A DNA stretch of 63,063 nucleotides, filler included, from Globobulimina sp. (lineage: Eukaryota), in the NCBI GenBank assembly GCA_003354225.1. It is 35 parts of 35 records of this genome, joined end to end, with 100 filler letters (N's around TTAATTAATTAA, not from the genome) between each part and the next. Parts side by side here need not be neighbours in the genome. Positions count along the whole stretch, not along the records: positions 37,910 to 39,613 come from PIVH01012912.1; positions 39,714 to 41,417 come from PIVH01012913.1; positions 41,518 to 43,221 come from PIVH01012914.1; positions 43,322 to 45,025 come from PIVH01012915.1; positions 45,126 to 46,829 come from PIVH01012916.1; positions 46,930 to 48,633 come from PIVH01012917.1; positions 48,734 to 50,437 come from PIVH01012918.1; 28 more parts are not named here. One strand, given 5' to 3'. Below the pieces are notes generated by a model. That model saw only the letters and a program-made list of their open reading frames with translations, searched no databases and was not told the DNA's origin. Below, piece after piece: positions 37,810 through 50,537 of the stretch (the stretch's first letter is position 1; the number at the start of each line of letters is the position of its first letter). The translations under genes and the position numbers were made by a program.

Positions 37810-37931
37810 NNNNNNNNNNNNNNNNNNNNNNNNNNNNNNNNNNNNNNNNNNNNTTAATTAATTAANNNNNNNNNNNNNNNNNNNNNNNNNNNNNNNNNNN
37901 NNNNNNNNNCAAAACAAAACCAAAAACAATA

Positions 37932-38672
37932 TCAGAACGATGCTTCATTGATTGTGTGGTTTTGAGCTACTTTATATTTTGTTCCAAGCACATTGTCCCA
38001 AATCGGTAATAATCCTGAACCATAATTATAATTAAACAAAACATGATGAATATAATGATCAAATGAATTTAATACATCAGGAACTGTTACTTTTAATGTA
38101 GTGCCATGACCAGAATGGCCATTTAATGGTGCTAATATTACACCAAATTTGAATACAATAAATACCCATTTTGGTACATCCAGTAATAATATAATAAATA
38201 TGGATGAATAATAAATACAAGATTCAAGTGGATGGAATGATAAACCGCTAAATGGGTCTACATTTATTGATTCATGATGTACATAATGAACGTAATTGTA
38301 TAACGCGTCGATTGCATGGAATAATCGATGGTAAAAATAAAAATGTGCGTCTGTCCATACTATAATAAATAAAATATTCAACGAAAAACTAGCAATACCG
38401 GCAATTGATGCTTGTGGTGCAACACTGGTCCAATAATCTTTTTTGTTAAATAATATCATACTTTCATAAAAAGAGCAGATTACAATTCCAACTGCACTTA
38501 AGAGTGCTTCTTTGCAAACAAGTGCTTTGTTTGGATACTGAGCATCAAATTTGTATACATTAAAAGTGCTTTTATATCCATAATACAATGAGTAATAAGC
38601 TAAGCCATATGATGCAATCCAAGCACCAAAATTGAAGAACAAACAATTCTTCAATATCATCAAGAAAACCAT
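37932..38672 (-). CDS. Sterol desaturase / fatty acid hydroxylase superfamily (C5-desaturase-like)
   Basis: His boxes HFYFYHRLFH, HYVHH, HYIHH; PFSGLSFHPLE; FNYNYG..WD. Confidence 0.9.
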   Translation of the reverse strand: MVFLMILKNCLFFNFGAWIASYGLAYYSLYYGYKSTFNVYKFDAQYPNKALVCKEALLSAVGIVICSFYESMILFNKKDYWTSVAPQASIAGIASFSLNILFIIVWTDAHFYFYHRLFHAIDALYNYVHYVHHESINVDPFSGLSFHPLESCIYYSSIFIILLLDVPKWVFIVFKFGVILAPLNGHSGHGTTLKVTVPDVLNSFDHYIHHVLFNYNYGSGLLPIWDNVLGTKYKVAQNHTINEASF

Positions 38673-38738
38673 TCGTCAAGAAAACGCCGTACTAAGTAGT
38701 AAAATAATTGATGTAACAAGACAAAAGTATGAAAATAT

Positions 38739-39611
38739 TTATTGTGGTGATTGAATAGTTAGTAAATCATTATAAGTCTGGAGATAGTCAATGAAAGTTG
38801 TTAAAGATGATTGGAAATGTTTCGGAATTGACGATATATTTTGATAAAATAACCAGCTGCGTCTTTTTTCTTTTTTACCCATACGATCTTTCCACTTTGC
38901 AGTAATGACATATTTTACATCATTACTAGTACTTATTTCACTCAATAAATATTTGATTGATATCTGATATGTTTTTTTACCACGTTCATCTGTCGAATAA
39001 ATGACCAATTTCTTCATATTTTCAAACATATTTAATATTTGTGGTCGTGGTATATTTACGTTACTTGAATTATCAACATAAACAATATTATCTCTGTCTC
39101 TTTCGCCTTTTACTGAAACAAATATTAAATCTTTGACTTGTGCCGGAACATATTGATCAATCAATGATAAATTAAAGGTTAGCGTTTGTTTATTATTTAA
39201 GTAATAAGCCAACGTATCCAATATATACTCCTCAAATTTACTTTTTGTGCTTGCAATTGGTGCGGTTATATGAGCAATAAAAGATTTCAATATGGATATT
39301 TGCTTTTTATTCCAGTTAAAATCTAAATCCAATCCAGATATTATGGCATCGAAACAAAACAATGGCTCAAAATATGCAGCAAAATTAGTTGATGTTGCAG
39401 CGTGTTTAATCGATTCTATTTGCAATGGAAAGCATCCGCCCATTGTAATTCGCTCATCTTCTTGAGTATAATTGGAAAGCCAGGAGGAGTTAAAAAATGG
39501 TTGTTCATATCCTCCTGCAGCATACTTATTATTTAATTGAATTATAATGCCTGATTGTTCCGCAAAATTTATAGCAATTTGCGGTTGTTTAGTGGTTGAT
39601 GTGGGACCGTT
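38739..39611 (-). CDS. Mono-ADP-ribosyltransferase-like (R-S-E clade) protein, 5' partial
   Basis: Frame extends upstream of the listed ORF: GPTSTT...IAINFA..SGIIIQL...FFNSSWLSNYTQEDER. Confidence 0.6.
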   Translation of the reverse strand, partial: NGPTSTTKQPQIAINFAEQSGIIIQLNNKYAAGGYEQPFFNSSWLSNYTQEDERITMGGCFPLQIESIKHAATSTNFAAYFEPLFCFDAIISGLDLDFNWNKKQISILKSFIAHITAPIASTKSKFEEYILDTLAYYLNNKQTLTFNLSLIDQYVPAQVKDLIFVSVKGERDRDNIVYVDNSSNVNIPRPQILNMFENMKKLVIYSTDERGKKTYQISIKYLLSEISTSNDVKYVITAKWKDRMGKKEKRRSWLFYQNISSIPKHFQSSLTTFIDYLQTYNDLLTIQSPQ

Positions 39612-39766
39612 AANNNNNNNNNNNNNNNNNNNNNNNNNNNNNNNNNNNNNNNNNNNNTTAATTAATTAANNNNNNNNNNNNNNNNNNNNNNNNNNNNNNN
39701 NNNNNNNNNNNNNTTCTTGGAAAACATTTCTACTGCTTCACTTTTAAATTAATTTAAACAAAATAG

Positions 39767-40388
39767 CCTGCTCAGTGGATGATGACTGTGCAGCGAATGC
39801 ATATTGCCATTTACCACCGGCATGTAATCCATTTGCAAGTGCACTATCTGGTGATCTATCTGCAAAATCCTGTGAGGGATATTGTGCTGATGAAGATAAT
39901 TTTTGTACGGATGAGGATGTGATAGGCGGTTTATCGACGTTTAGAACGGATAGCGATTGTGATTTTTGCTTCTGTAGAGATAGGGGAGCCAGAATCTGTA
40001 ATGATGTCCAGACAATGTATGAAAACATGAAACATGATGCTGATTTTAGAGCAGGTTTTGATCTTTTATGTAAATATGGAGATTATAAAGACCTTGAGGA
40101 TCATGTTAATATTCGTATTTTGTACATGGCGATGTGTGTGTTTCTAACTTGATTTATTACAATATACAGACACTCGGACCGATGGCAGCAACACAATGTC
40201 AATTTAAAGATGTTACGATAAAATGTGCGGCAGAGGTTAGGGAATGTTGGTGTTCCCGTTTCATTTGCAAGACAAATGATGAATATTCAGAACAGTGTGT
40301 TGGAGAGGATGGCGATACTGGAACAGCAATGAAAATGCAAATAATGTTTGGTATCTCATTTGTAATGGCAATGTATTTATGGATGTAA
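39767..40388 (+). CDS. Cys-rich surface protein with GPI-signal-like C-terminus, spliced, 5' partial
   Basis: Many Cys; intron 40105-40169; hydrophobic C-terminal tail. Confidence 0.65.
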
Positions 40389-40653
40389 ACGTGTAAATTA
40401 TAACTGTGTAATTAAATAAATAATATTATTTTTTTTGTATTTCTTCAAGTATTAGTCTGTTACATACATAATTAATATGCTGTTATTTGTTTTTTAAACT
40501 ATGTTAAAATATCCCTTACGTGCCATTTTAGGATTTTTTGAAGGGTATTTTGATTTCTTTCATTTCTTAGTGTTTTGAAGAAATCTTTTTTTTTTTGAAT
40601 TTACTCGATCACTTCCAACAAACTTTCACTTCCAAACCATTGCTCCGTCAGTT

Positions 40654-41391
40654 ATGAACGCACTTACAACGCTTGCAATGTACAGTGATTCTTCAGAGGA
40701 CCAAGATGAGGAAATGAGTGACAATTCACAACATAATGGAAATAGAAACACAAACTTTAACAGTGACACTGATTCAGAATTAATGGATATAACAACAACA
40801 CAAATACGGATACCATCAATGCCATTATCTCCAAACATTAAACCACAATCACATCAACAGGAAAACATTGCTAATTTAATGAAACAATTTAAAAATAATG
40901 AAAAATATTTTGAATCGAGATTTAGAAATTCCAATTTTTTGGATAATCCGAAGTTTACAGCAAATACATTGCAAAAATTAAATTTATTCAACTATGATGA
41001 TGATAAAATAAATAAATTGGACGAATATTCATCCGCATTATCATTAAAAATATTCAATCCAATCAATTATTTGGATGAAGAAGATTCTGTTGATACTTTA
41101 ATGAAATTGTTAGAAGAGAAAATAAGGGAAAATCAAAGGAAAATACAGGAAAAACGGGAAAGGAAAGAAAAACAGAAACAGTTAAGGGAAAAAAATGAGA
41201 AAAGAATAGCAATGCCAAAGCATAATATAAATAGTCAGCATACTCATCAACAAAAATACATACTTATTAATAATAATTGCAATGTATTACATGCAGCAAA
41301 ACAAGCGGTTTTAGCAAAGAAGAATGAATTTATAGCAAACAGCAAACGGAAAAAGGAAGACAATAAAAAGAGCCGATGGGATGAGAAATGA
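40654..41391 (+). CDS. HCNGP / SAP30-binding protein-like
   Basis: N-terminal L..YSDS; F.NP...LDEYSS....IFNP; C-terminal KKSRWD. Confidence 0.7.
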   Translation: MNALTTLAMYSDSSEDQDEEMSDNSQHNGNRNTNFNSDTDSELMDITTTQIRIPSMPLSPNIKPQSHQQENIANLMKQFKNNEKYFESRFRNSNFLDNPKFTANTLQKLNLFNYDDDKINKLDEYSSALSLKIFNPINYLDEEDSVDTLMKLLEEKIRENQRKIQEKRERKEKQKQLREKNEKRIAMPKHNINSQHTHQQKYILINNNCNVLHAAKQAVLAKKNEFIANSKRKKEDNKKSRWDEK

Positions 41392-41857
41392 CCACTGTTG
41401 ATTGCATGTGGTTGATTNNNNNNNNNNNNNNNNNNNNNNNNNNNNNNNNNNNNNNNNNNNNTTAATTAATTAANNNNNNNNNNNNNNNNNNNNNNNNNNN
41501 NNNNNNNNNNNNNNNNNTTGTCTTTTTCCTCTTTTTTTGACTAAAAATACAAAATACCACAGTTTTTCAAGATTTCAATAATTATTCCAATTTCTACAAT
41601 TATTCAGAATCCAAATAGGTAAACCCTTTCGAAAATAGTAATAACACTAGAACATTCCCTTATCAGTAGTAAAAAGATTTTGAGCAAGGCAGTTGAGTAA
41701 TCTTGATTGATATTAATTATAAAAATATTGTATTCCTTTAAATAAAACATGTATATAACATGATTAGAAAAACAGTAAACAACAAAAAAATCAATAATAA
41801 TATAAAACAAAATTGATCAACAGTTATTCAGCATGCATGTTTTTACATATTACACTG

Positions 41858-42900
41858 TTAATCAATATCTTGTATGAACTCAAGAGTGCTTTCATAAACA
41901 AAAAATATGGCAGAATGTAGAGCAGCAGCTCTATAAATGGTAGGCATCAAACCATTCCAAAACACTCGATATCCACCTTGTTTATAGATGGTTTTGGTTG
42001 CATCCCTTAGGTTTTTATACGTATTTGGCGGCGCCGCCTGGATTCTTGTCTTAATCACATCGATGGGATAGGTCACGATCCAACAACCAACACCGGCCGA
42101 TGCGCCGGCAAAGAAAATCTTCCATCCCGCCATTTGCCGTTTGTCCCCATGCGATTCTGGATCGCTTATCAGTTTACACACACTCTCATAAATCGGATAA
42201 TAAACCATAAATTGCGGTATTTCGCGCCACAAAGTTGGCGTCATTCCATACCAGAAACCAGAGAAGAAGCCATAGCGCGAAATAAGATCAACAGTCGACT
42301 TGACAGTGGATGTATGGTGGATTTGCGACCAAGTCTTAACTCTTTCGATTGGCGTTCGAAATATCGCTGAAGCAGCACCCGCGAAAAACCCACCAACTGC
42401 GAGTTGGCCCATTGATAGTTCTGTGGCTCTTAGATTGTATTTATGCAAACGAGCAATATCCTGTTCGTTTCTGCCAATAAAATAATTGCGAACGATGCCA
42501 TTCACTCCGAAGGAGATTGAAAATAAAAAGCCAAAGCCGAAGAATGGATACAAAACACCTCTGTATAATGAATGAATGCCATCTTTCAGAATAAGAGAAC
42601 GCATAAAGGAAAAGGTCGATTGTTTGTGTTCTGCCAGCATTTGAACGTTGGTTTTTGCAGTGTCAAAGGGATGACATAACAATGAGCCACACATTCCCGC
42701 CAATTCTCCTTATTTTGTATTTGTTTTATTTGTGTCATTTTACTCATTTGTTATGGCCGGAGATTACATAATTATATACCGGCAAGAAAGTACTGCCACC
42801 ATTTGGGATTTGATAAGTTGGATTGTTGAGGTTTGTTGTGGTGGTCTTTGGTAAGTGTGATGTTAATGGATGCGTTGGATAAACGTGAATCTTCTTGCAT
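41858..42900 (-). CDS. Mitochondrial carrier (carnitine/acylcarnitine or basic amino acid subfamily), one intron
   Basis: Three Px[DE]xxK motifs (PFDTAK, PIERVK, PIDVIK); intron 42709-42779. Confidence 0.93.
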
Positions 42901-43321
42901 TTTCGGGTTTTAATTGGAATTGAGCGCGAATTGTAGACTTAAATACTTTGTATTGTTCGCGAATTGTTGTGAATAATACAGACACTCGGTATTATGGAGG
43001 CAGACTTACAATGACCATGGTCTGGGTTGCCAGTGGGAAAAAACAGTACTGTAGAAGTTATTTATAGGCTGTTGAATGGTTGTGACTAAGCTTATAATAT
43101 TTTATTGACACTGTCAAAATACTACACTCGTTTCTGTTCAATAATAGTAAGTGATAAAGGGTTGCTTCGACTAATAAATGAAACGCCAATCTTTATGGGT
43201 GGTTTTATTTTGTCGATTCTTNNNNNNNNNNNNNNNNNNNNNNNNNNNNNNNNNNNNNNNNNNNNTTAATTAATTAANNNNNNNNNNNNNNNNNNNNNNN
43301 NNNNNNNNNNNNNNNNNNNNN

Positions 43322-43564
43322 ATGGAAAAAGAAAACAAATGTCTCGCCAAGGTGTCACAATCATTTATAAAGAGGCACCATGAAAAAAGTGGAAAGGTGA
43401 AAAATATGAAAGTTAAAGTATGGAGAACATCGCAAACAGCAGATTTAAAATTAAATGAAAGCGAGGATAGTATGAAAGAAATGGAAAGTAAATACAAAAA
43501 ACAAATTGCCGAAATGACAAATCAATTGAAAGCATTAAAAAAAAAACATGGAATTGATCGATAA
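43322..43564 (+). CDS. 3' end of a coiled-coil protein gene
   Basis: Open from contig edge to TAA. Confidence 0.4.
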   Translation: MEKENKCLAKVSQSFIKRHHEKSGKVKNMKVKVWRTSQTADLKLNESEDSMKEMESKYKKQIAEMTNQLKALKKKHGIDR

Positions 43565-43813
43565 AAAATTAATTACTGACTTAATTGATCGATAAAAATA
43601 ACCAACTTTTGTTTTTAAAATTTGTGAGTAGTATTGTACCACTTTTGAGTTGGTTGCAGCTTTTATTTTCTGTTCCGTTTGAAAAAACTTGAACTGAGAC
43701 ATTTGAATCAGAGCATCCTTCCTAGACTAGACCAACAAAGAAAACACAAGAAACCACTTTAATTAATTAATTATACGCGTACGTATTTACTCAGCTAGTA
43801 TAGTATAGTTATA

Positions 43814-44800
43814 GTGTTACGGATTAATGGATTCGTATTATTTAAGGGGGGGGATATATTTTTTAATTTGCGACAAGGTAAAGAACCTAACGCAATTAAT
43901 TCAAAAAACATTCACATTAAAAGCAGAGAATTGCAGAATATTTTGGGTGATATGAACTGTGACGATGTTATGACAATGGATGAATTGCGAAGGCGATATA
44001 AAATTGATAGCGATATCATAATTGCTACAAAAACTGCACATAATTGCTACAAAAAGTAAAGTGACATCGACTCATTCGACTGACTCAAATCCGTCAATAA
44101 AAACCATGAAAGCAATGAAAACATTCTTTTTTAACCCAAAAAACGCAAAAGAAAAAGAAAAAGCTGATGACTTATTGGTTAAATGGATTGTAATGAAACG
44201 AATTGGTGTTCTTCAAGAATGTGAAATTTTTGAAGGCATCGAAAGCGTTCATTGTATACAAAAATTGTGGCAAACTGATTTAGAACAATGGCAGTTGCAA
44301 AATATTAACAGTGTACAGCCTGTCAATAGTATGGATTTGGTGAAAGCATTAATGAAAGACATCATTCCTACACTCAAAATAATGCATGACACAGATTTGG
44401 TTCACGGTGACATCAAACCGGCCAATTTAGTGATGTCTGATAATAGATTTGGTGTCATAGACTTTGGCTGTTCGCTCGAACATTGTTCACAATTTCTTGC
44501 GTCATTTGGAACATTACCATATAGATCGCCTGAAATGGATAGAACACGCTATCAACGGATTGTAATTACAACCAAATATGACATTTTCTCATTGGCGATA
44601 TCGTTGATTGAAATTGTTCTCTGATACCATCCATACTCTCATTGTTTAGCATCAGTCACTGAGTTATATGGTTTTATTGATGAGGAGTTATGCGAGGATG
44701 TCATGCTATCAATATATGGGATGTCCGTCGAAAAGAGGATACAGATCTCCTATTTGTCGATTTATTGATGAATATGTTACAGTAATGAAGACTCAGCGCC
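43814..44800 (+). pseudogene. Protein kinase pseudogene
   Basis: HGDIKPAN, DFG, GTLPYRSPE, DIFSLA; frameshifting duplication 44017-44055; TGA at 44622 then YHPY; subdomain XI remnant DLLMNMLQ**RLSA in another frame. Confidence 0.8.
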
Positions 44801-45125
44801 GGAGCTATTATTGCTTTGATTCGACTCTGTGTCCAAAGACTGACTGAAACTCTCCTCTGAAGAGAGGGACTCACTGTCATTGCTCGACTTGAGCGACTCA
44901 TTTTCAGTTGGAAGGAAAATAGGTTAATAATAAAATGTTAATGGTTCCCGATGAAACACAACCTTTAAGAATTCAATTTTGACTTTCAATGTTTTTATTT
45001 TGAATAATCTGTAAAAAACTGTAAANNNNNNNNNNNNNNNNNNNNNNNNNNNNNNNNNNNNNNNNNNNNTTAATTAATTAANNNNNNNNNNNNNNNNNNN
45101 NNNNNNNNNNNNNNNNNNNNNNNNN

Positions 45126-46829
45126 TCAAACAGTGCTGATGTGGGTTTTATTTTGCGTCAATTTCAGCAGAATAATATCTTGCAATATCCATATTATTAT
45201 ATGTTTCAAATTACGCACAATTCTCTCAAAGTTCAAGAACTTGGCGATTTAGCTCAAGGTTTTCTGGCTACACAGCCTTTTTTCCCTGCTTTGACGAGCA
45301 AACAACAATATGTTGATTTCAATGTTTCTGGCGATAACTTGACAATTTGGGAGGTTTCAAACAATGTATATTCTGCCATAAAAAGTGAATGGCGGCAATA
45401 TTACAACACTTCTCCATCGATGGTATATTATGCACCGGAACCACATGATTATACAGTATGGGGTTTCGATTCTCTTTATGCCGCAGCTTTGACTTTAGAT
45501 TATTTGATTGCATCTGGATTTAATTTGTTTGATTATAATGCAACAAAACTTGTGGATGCAATGAGATATTATTTGACAAATAAGTTGTCATTTATTGGTG
45601 CCACAGGGCTCGTTGAAATGGATCAGAATGGTGATCGGATGCATGATTATTATCTGTATGGATATATTAATGGTAATGGAGAACTTGACCCGGTTGGTGT
45701 GTTTGGATCGGGCGATTCGGACCAAACCATTAAGATTGATGTTAGTGTAGTTTTTCCGATGTATTTCAATGGGAAATCATCGGAGGTACCGTTGTCAGAG
45801 CCAATTACATATGTTACCAGTGTTACTGTGCTAGAATCTGTATATTGGAGTGTTCTCATATTATGTACGTTCTTTATTATCGCAATATTGAGTTGTATCA
45901 TATTGATATTTAAAGAAAGAACACACCCAATCATTGCAAAATCGTCCTATAAATTAAGTATTACAACAAGTGTTGGATGCATTTTAGGTTTGGTACTTAT
46001 AGCAACACAAAGAATTGGTAGTTTTTCATGTGTTGTGACGTGGTATGGGTATTCAGCTGTATTTACATTGATATTTATGCCGATTTTTGCGCGATTATAT
46101 AGATTACATATTATTATGCATAGAAATAATGTGGAGTTTATCACCTCACTGTCTACACTTATCGAGCGACAAGAACGAAAATTGAATAAAGGAATTTTGG
46201 CAATGTTTCTCTTAGATGTCATACTATTTTTAATTTTAACAGGTATACATTTTATAAATGGTAATATTACAACATTAGGATTCGTAAAAGATGAGGCGAT
46301 TCGATCAAGCACAGATCCTTTGTTAATTACACAAAATGAATATGAATCGTGTCAAATAAATAACATACAAGTTTCGACAGCATTTGATGTATTAATTATT
46401 GTTTATAAATTAATTCAATTTGGTTTTGGAATGTATTATTTTTTGAGTATTTTTAGATTAAAATATCAGACACCGATTAATGATGAAATAAGTGCTGTCT
46501 TACTGTCCATAGTATTATCAATAATAATATTTGTAATTCTTAGTACATTTGGGCTCGCAAATTCAAATTCAGATATTACCACAATATATGCGTTGAATTC
46601 ATTTATGATTATGCTATTAATCATTTTCATTATGCTTTTAAATGTTTGTTTGAGGTTATATTATCGATATAAATTTTCAAACAATGCGCTTCAAATGCAG
46701 CAATATGGCAAGTCGCCAGAAGAAATTATGAGAGATGAATTTGTAACAATATCAGATGGAGGAGTTGATGGACCGGAGCTGGATGAGGATGCAACGGAGC
46801 TATACTCTCATCAAATTGATTCAGCTCAA
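45126..46829 (+). CDS. Class C (GABA-B-like) GPCR with Venus flytrap domain end and 7TM, partial
   Basis: FDSLYA, FIGATGLVEMDQNGDR, HPIIAKSS, ARLYRLH, INDE. Confidence 0.88.
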
Positions 46830-46929
46830 NNNNNNNNNNNNNNNNNNNNNNNNNNNNNNNNNNNNNNNNNNNNTTAATTAATTAANNNNNNNNNNNNNNN
46901 NNNNNNNNNNNNNNNNNNNNNNNNNNNNN

Positions 46930-47423
46930 AGCTGTATGACCTACATTTCAACGAAGCCCCAATGTTCTGGGCTTTTCTCAGTGTTTTTATCTATCTCGTC
47001 GTCTGGATTGGTTACAAACGTCAGAATTTACAAGTCAGTCCAGATAATCAAGGGCAACAACATCAAATAGTGCAACAAAGAAGATTTACCAAAAGTCTGG
47101 CAATGAGCTGTCTGTGCACATTTTGTTTGTTCATTGTGCCATGGCAACTTGGAACCATCGCCTTAAAGTTAGGTTACAGATCGTTTGCTATGATCATGTG
47201 GACCAGTTCTAACTTAAATCCATTTGCCAATATTATCATTTATATGAAACGACATGAAGAAATCAGACAGGCATTGAAAGGTTTGTTTACATGCAAATAT
47301 ATGCCTATTGATGTACAAATGTGGAAAACAAACAATCAAGCTGTTAAAGCGCAAAGAATTTTACCAACTGTTCAACCTTCGCATATCCCACATGCCATTG
47401 AAATACATATGGAAGAACTATAA
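46930..47423 (+). CDS. Nematode-type chemoreceptor (Srsx-like), 5' partial
   Basis: RFTKSL...P, NLNPFANIIIYMKRHEEIRQALKGLF. Confidence 0.65.
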
Positions 47424-47910
47424 CTTGATGTAAATAGTGAAGATAAATAGAGTTGTCAAAATTAACCGGTCATTGTGATGATGCTCTAGTGAATGCTTAG
47501 GTTTCATTTTACACACAATTTTAAAAAATGAATGTTTTGTTTTGTTTTGTGAAATTGCGTGAAGCTGCTATCCCAGTATATAGGTTTAATTAAACATGCG
47601 GTGCAAGCGATGGATCGTGACCACTCACAACTGACCGACAATATCCAAGAATATGGGTCAGAAAATGTTCCTGGTTTTTCTATCGAAATGAAAGAGTAAA
47701 TAAGTGAAGTGGTGCTGTATATATTTTCAAGGACATCCTTACTCGACTAACGCAGCTGCATTATTCTATTCTTGAGGGCAAATGAAGACAGATGGGACAG
47801 TAACTGAAACCATGGTAACTTGCTAGTTATTCATTTACTTTCAAGATATCGAAGACGTACATGAACTCCTTAGAATGACTTAAGATATATTTATACCTTT
47901 ACGTACTAGA

Positions 47911-48450
47911 ATGTCAAACTTGGACCAGCAATTGATAATAATAAAAATATTGAGTTTTATTCGGTCAGTGACATTTGTTTCAACTATTCTCACAATACCG
48001 ATTTATCTAATTTTACTATATGCCTTTGTAAAACATCGGTCATTTCTCGACAGCAACTTCTTTACCATTTGCATATCCGAAGGTATTGCCAATATCTGGT
48101 GGTGTCTGCACAAGTCGCTTTTGATATATGTGCTCAACATATTCTATGGAACCATCTCCATCTCCGGTACCATGGTAGGTTTTAAAATTTTATAGTGTAG
48201 AAATGTCCAGTAACTATCGATTTGCAAAAGACAGCGTCGCAAGTTTGAATACAACAAAAGGAAATCTATCGACACCCAATACACAATAGGCCAATGTTTA
48301 AAATCATTTTTGAACCCTGCTTATTTGCAGTTGTTGGCCACATTCACTCAAATGGGAAATTGGTTCATTTATGGTGTGCAAGTATTGGGTGTGTTACTTA
48401 TGGCCATCAGTCGATTCACAGCCATGATGTGGCCCACTCGATATCAAAGG
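47911..48450 (+). CDS. Nematode-type chemoreceptor (Srv/Srx/Srg-like), spliced, 3' partial
   Basis: SNFFTICISEGIANI; intron 48175-48330; QVLGVLLMAISRFTAMMWPTRY; next donor gtaaga at 48451. Confidence 0.7.
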
Positions 48451-48903
48451 GTAAGAGAACAATATCCTAAATAGGTATAATTCAGTAATATTATCTTAGA
48501 TATATTTCGTATGACAAGGAGAAACAGAGTGCAGAAACAACTTATTCCCAAATGAATGTGAAATGTTTTGTTATTGAGATCAAGAAGAAATAGTGAGAGA
48601 AGAATGAAAATATTTTCTATTACAGTCAGGGGANNNNNNNNNNNNNNNNNNNNNNNNNNNNNNNNNNNNNNNNNNNNTTAATTAATTAANNNNNNNNNNN
48701 NNNNNNNNNNNNNNNNNNNNNNNNNNNNNNNNNTATTAAAATTCTTAATTTGATGTATTTATATTATAAAAACAAGATGAAGCGAATGGGATTGAACTAT
48801 GTAACGTAACGTAGACAAAAATAACATGCGACTCTAACTGCGACCGTTGTAATAATTATAATAATGTTAGATTGCTAGTAATATACAAAAAAAAACTACA
48901 ACA

Positions 48904-50298
48904 TTATAATTGTTTGTCATCTTCATCCACAACGGAAATATTTTTCCAATTCGCTAACATTTTATTTGTAACTTGCGTCTGAACTTTGGCAAATTCCTGA
49001 ATCCGATCTCTCCATTGCGTGGTCTTATTATTCCAAATTAAAATAATCTCATTTTTCAAAATAATCTTCGTTACAATATTCAACAACGTCAACAACGACT
49101 TCCTCGTCGTCAAATCAATCCCTTTCTGTCTATCCTGAGCCGGTTTTAACTCCGCCCCATTTGCCTCCATCTCATCCCATTTCTCGATGGAACGGACCAC
49201 TTTTTGATATTTCTTATATAAATCCTCATGAAACTTAAACAACTCCAACAACGCTTTTATGTCTTCCTGTTCATAGCGCAAACTACGAAAGAAATTGTCG
49301 TAATAAGAGTCGGTCTGTTTCGTCTGATACGCACTCCATAATTTAAACTGTTCCCTAACGTCCAACCGCTCGCTGGTCGCCTTGTACGGATAATTGCTTT
49401 CCGCTAAATATAAACCATCGAAGCTCTCTGTGAATAATAACATTTCCTTACTCACAAAATTCAAGTGTTTGAAGAGCCGAATGGCCGACTTATTCAACAC
49501 ATTCATTTGCATATCGATCTTCGTCAAAAACTCCTTCAACGACGGGATGTCATCGTCGTGGACGTTATCCGCCAACACTGCGTCCTCCAAATCGGGGAAT
49601 AATTTGCTTAAAATGGCCGCGATGTCCTCGTCGCTGCGGTTATGCACATATTGCTCTTCCACTTCTTTCCTGCCCTCAAAAAAGGTGGTTTCTGGCCGCG
49701 ATAAAAACATACCAAAAGCCATGCTCTCTGCGAAGGGTTTTATGGACTCGATGCGGTTTAGAAATCTATGTAAAATATACGAGTTTATATGTATTTATAT
49801 GTACCGAATTTGCGTACCGTACCTTTCTAAATCTTGACGTCGTTCTTCGATGAAGGAGTTTTCAAAGCGACCGATCACGTTTGCGGGAGGTAAGGGAGGC
49901 ACAAATATCCCGGGGAATTGCTGGCATAATACGTTACGGAGCCATTTGAAGTCATTATAGCGGCGAGCAACAGTAACGACCCCAGGCGGCGAGGGATCGC
50001 ATTCGATGATATATACGGTATGTTTCTGAACGCGCCCTTTACGTTCTTCGGTGGAGATTATTTTTAAGGTACGGAGGGAGGAGGTACGTTGGGGACGAAT
50101 TAAATTGATTGATTCGTATTTGTTATTGTTATTGGTTTTAGATTCATCATCATCGGTTTTATTGTCGACTTCAATTACTTCTTGTTTTAATTCTGGTGCA
50201 TTTTCCAGTGGGTTGTCGTCATCGTTGGCATCGTTTAGTGGTTCTTCGTCATTTACGATGACATCTTGGAACTCATCTTTATCTGCATCAGCAGCCAT
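48904..50298 (-). CDS. PX-BAR sorting nexin, one intron
   Basis: VARRYNDFKWLR..L...FPG..VPPLP...FIEERRQDLERFLNR; intron 49766-49822; helical C-terminus. Confidence 0.92.
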
Positions 50299-50537
50299 GA
50301 TTACTTAGACGTTTTTCGGGAAATCAATATACACAACTGATTCCATATTTTGATGTGAAAATTCTCTTTGCATCTCTTTTACTGAAATTATTATTTTTCT
50401 CCATTCCTTCTTTGATTGCAACAATGAAAACATTCACNNNNNNNNNNNNNNNNNNNNNNNNNNNNNNNNNNNNNNNNNNNNTTAATTAATTAANNNNNNN
50501 NNNNNNNNNNNNNNNNNNNNNNNNNNNNNNNNNNNNN

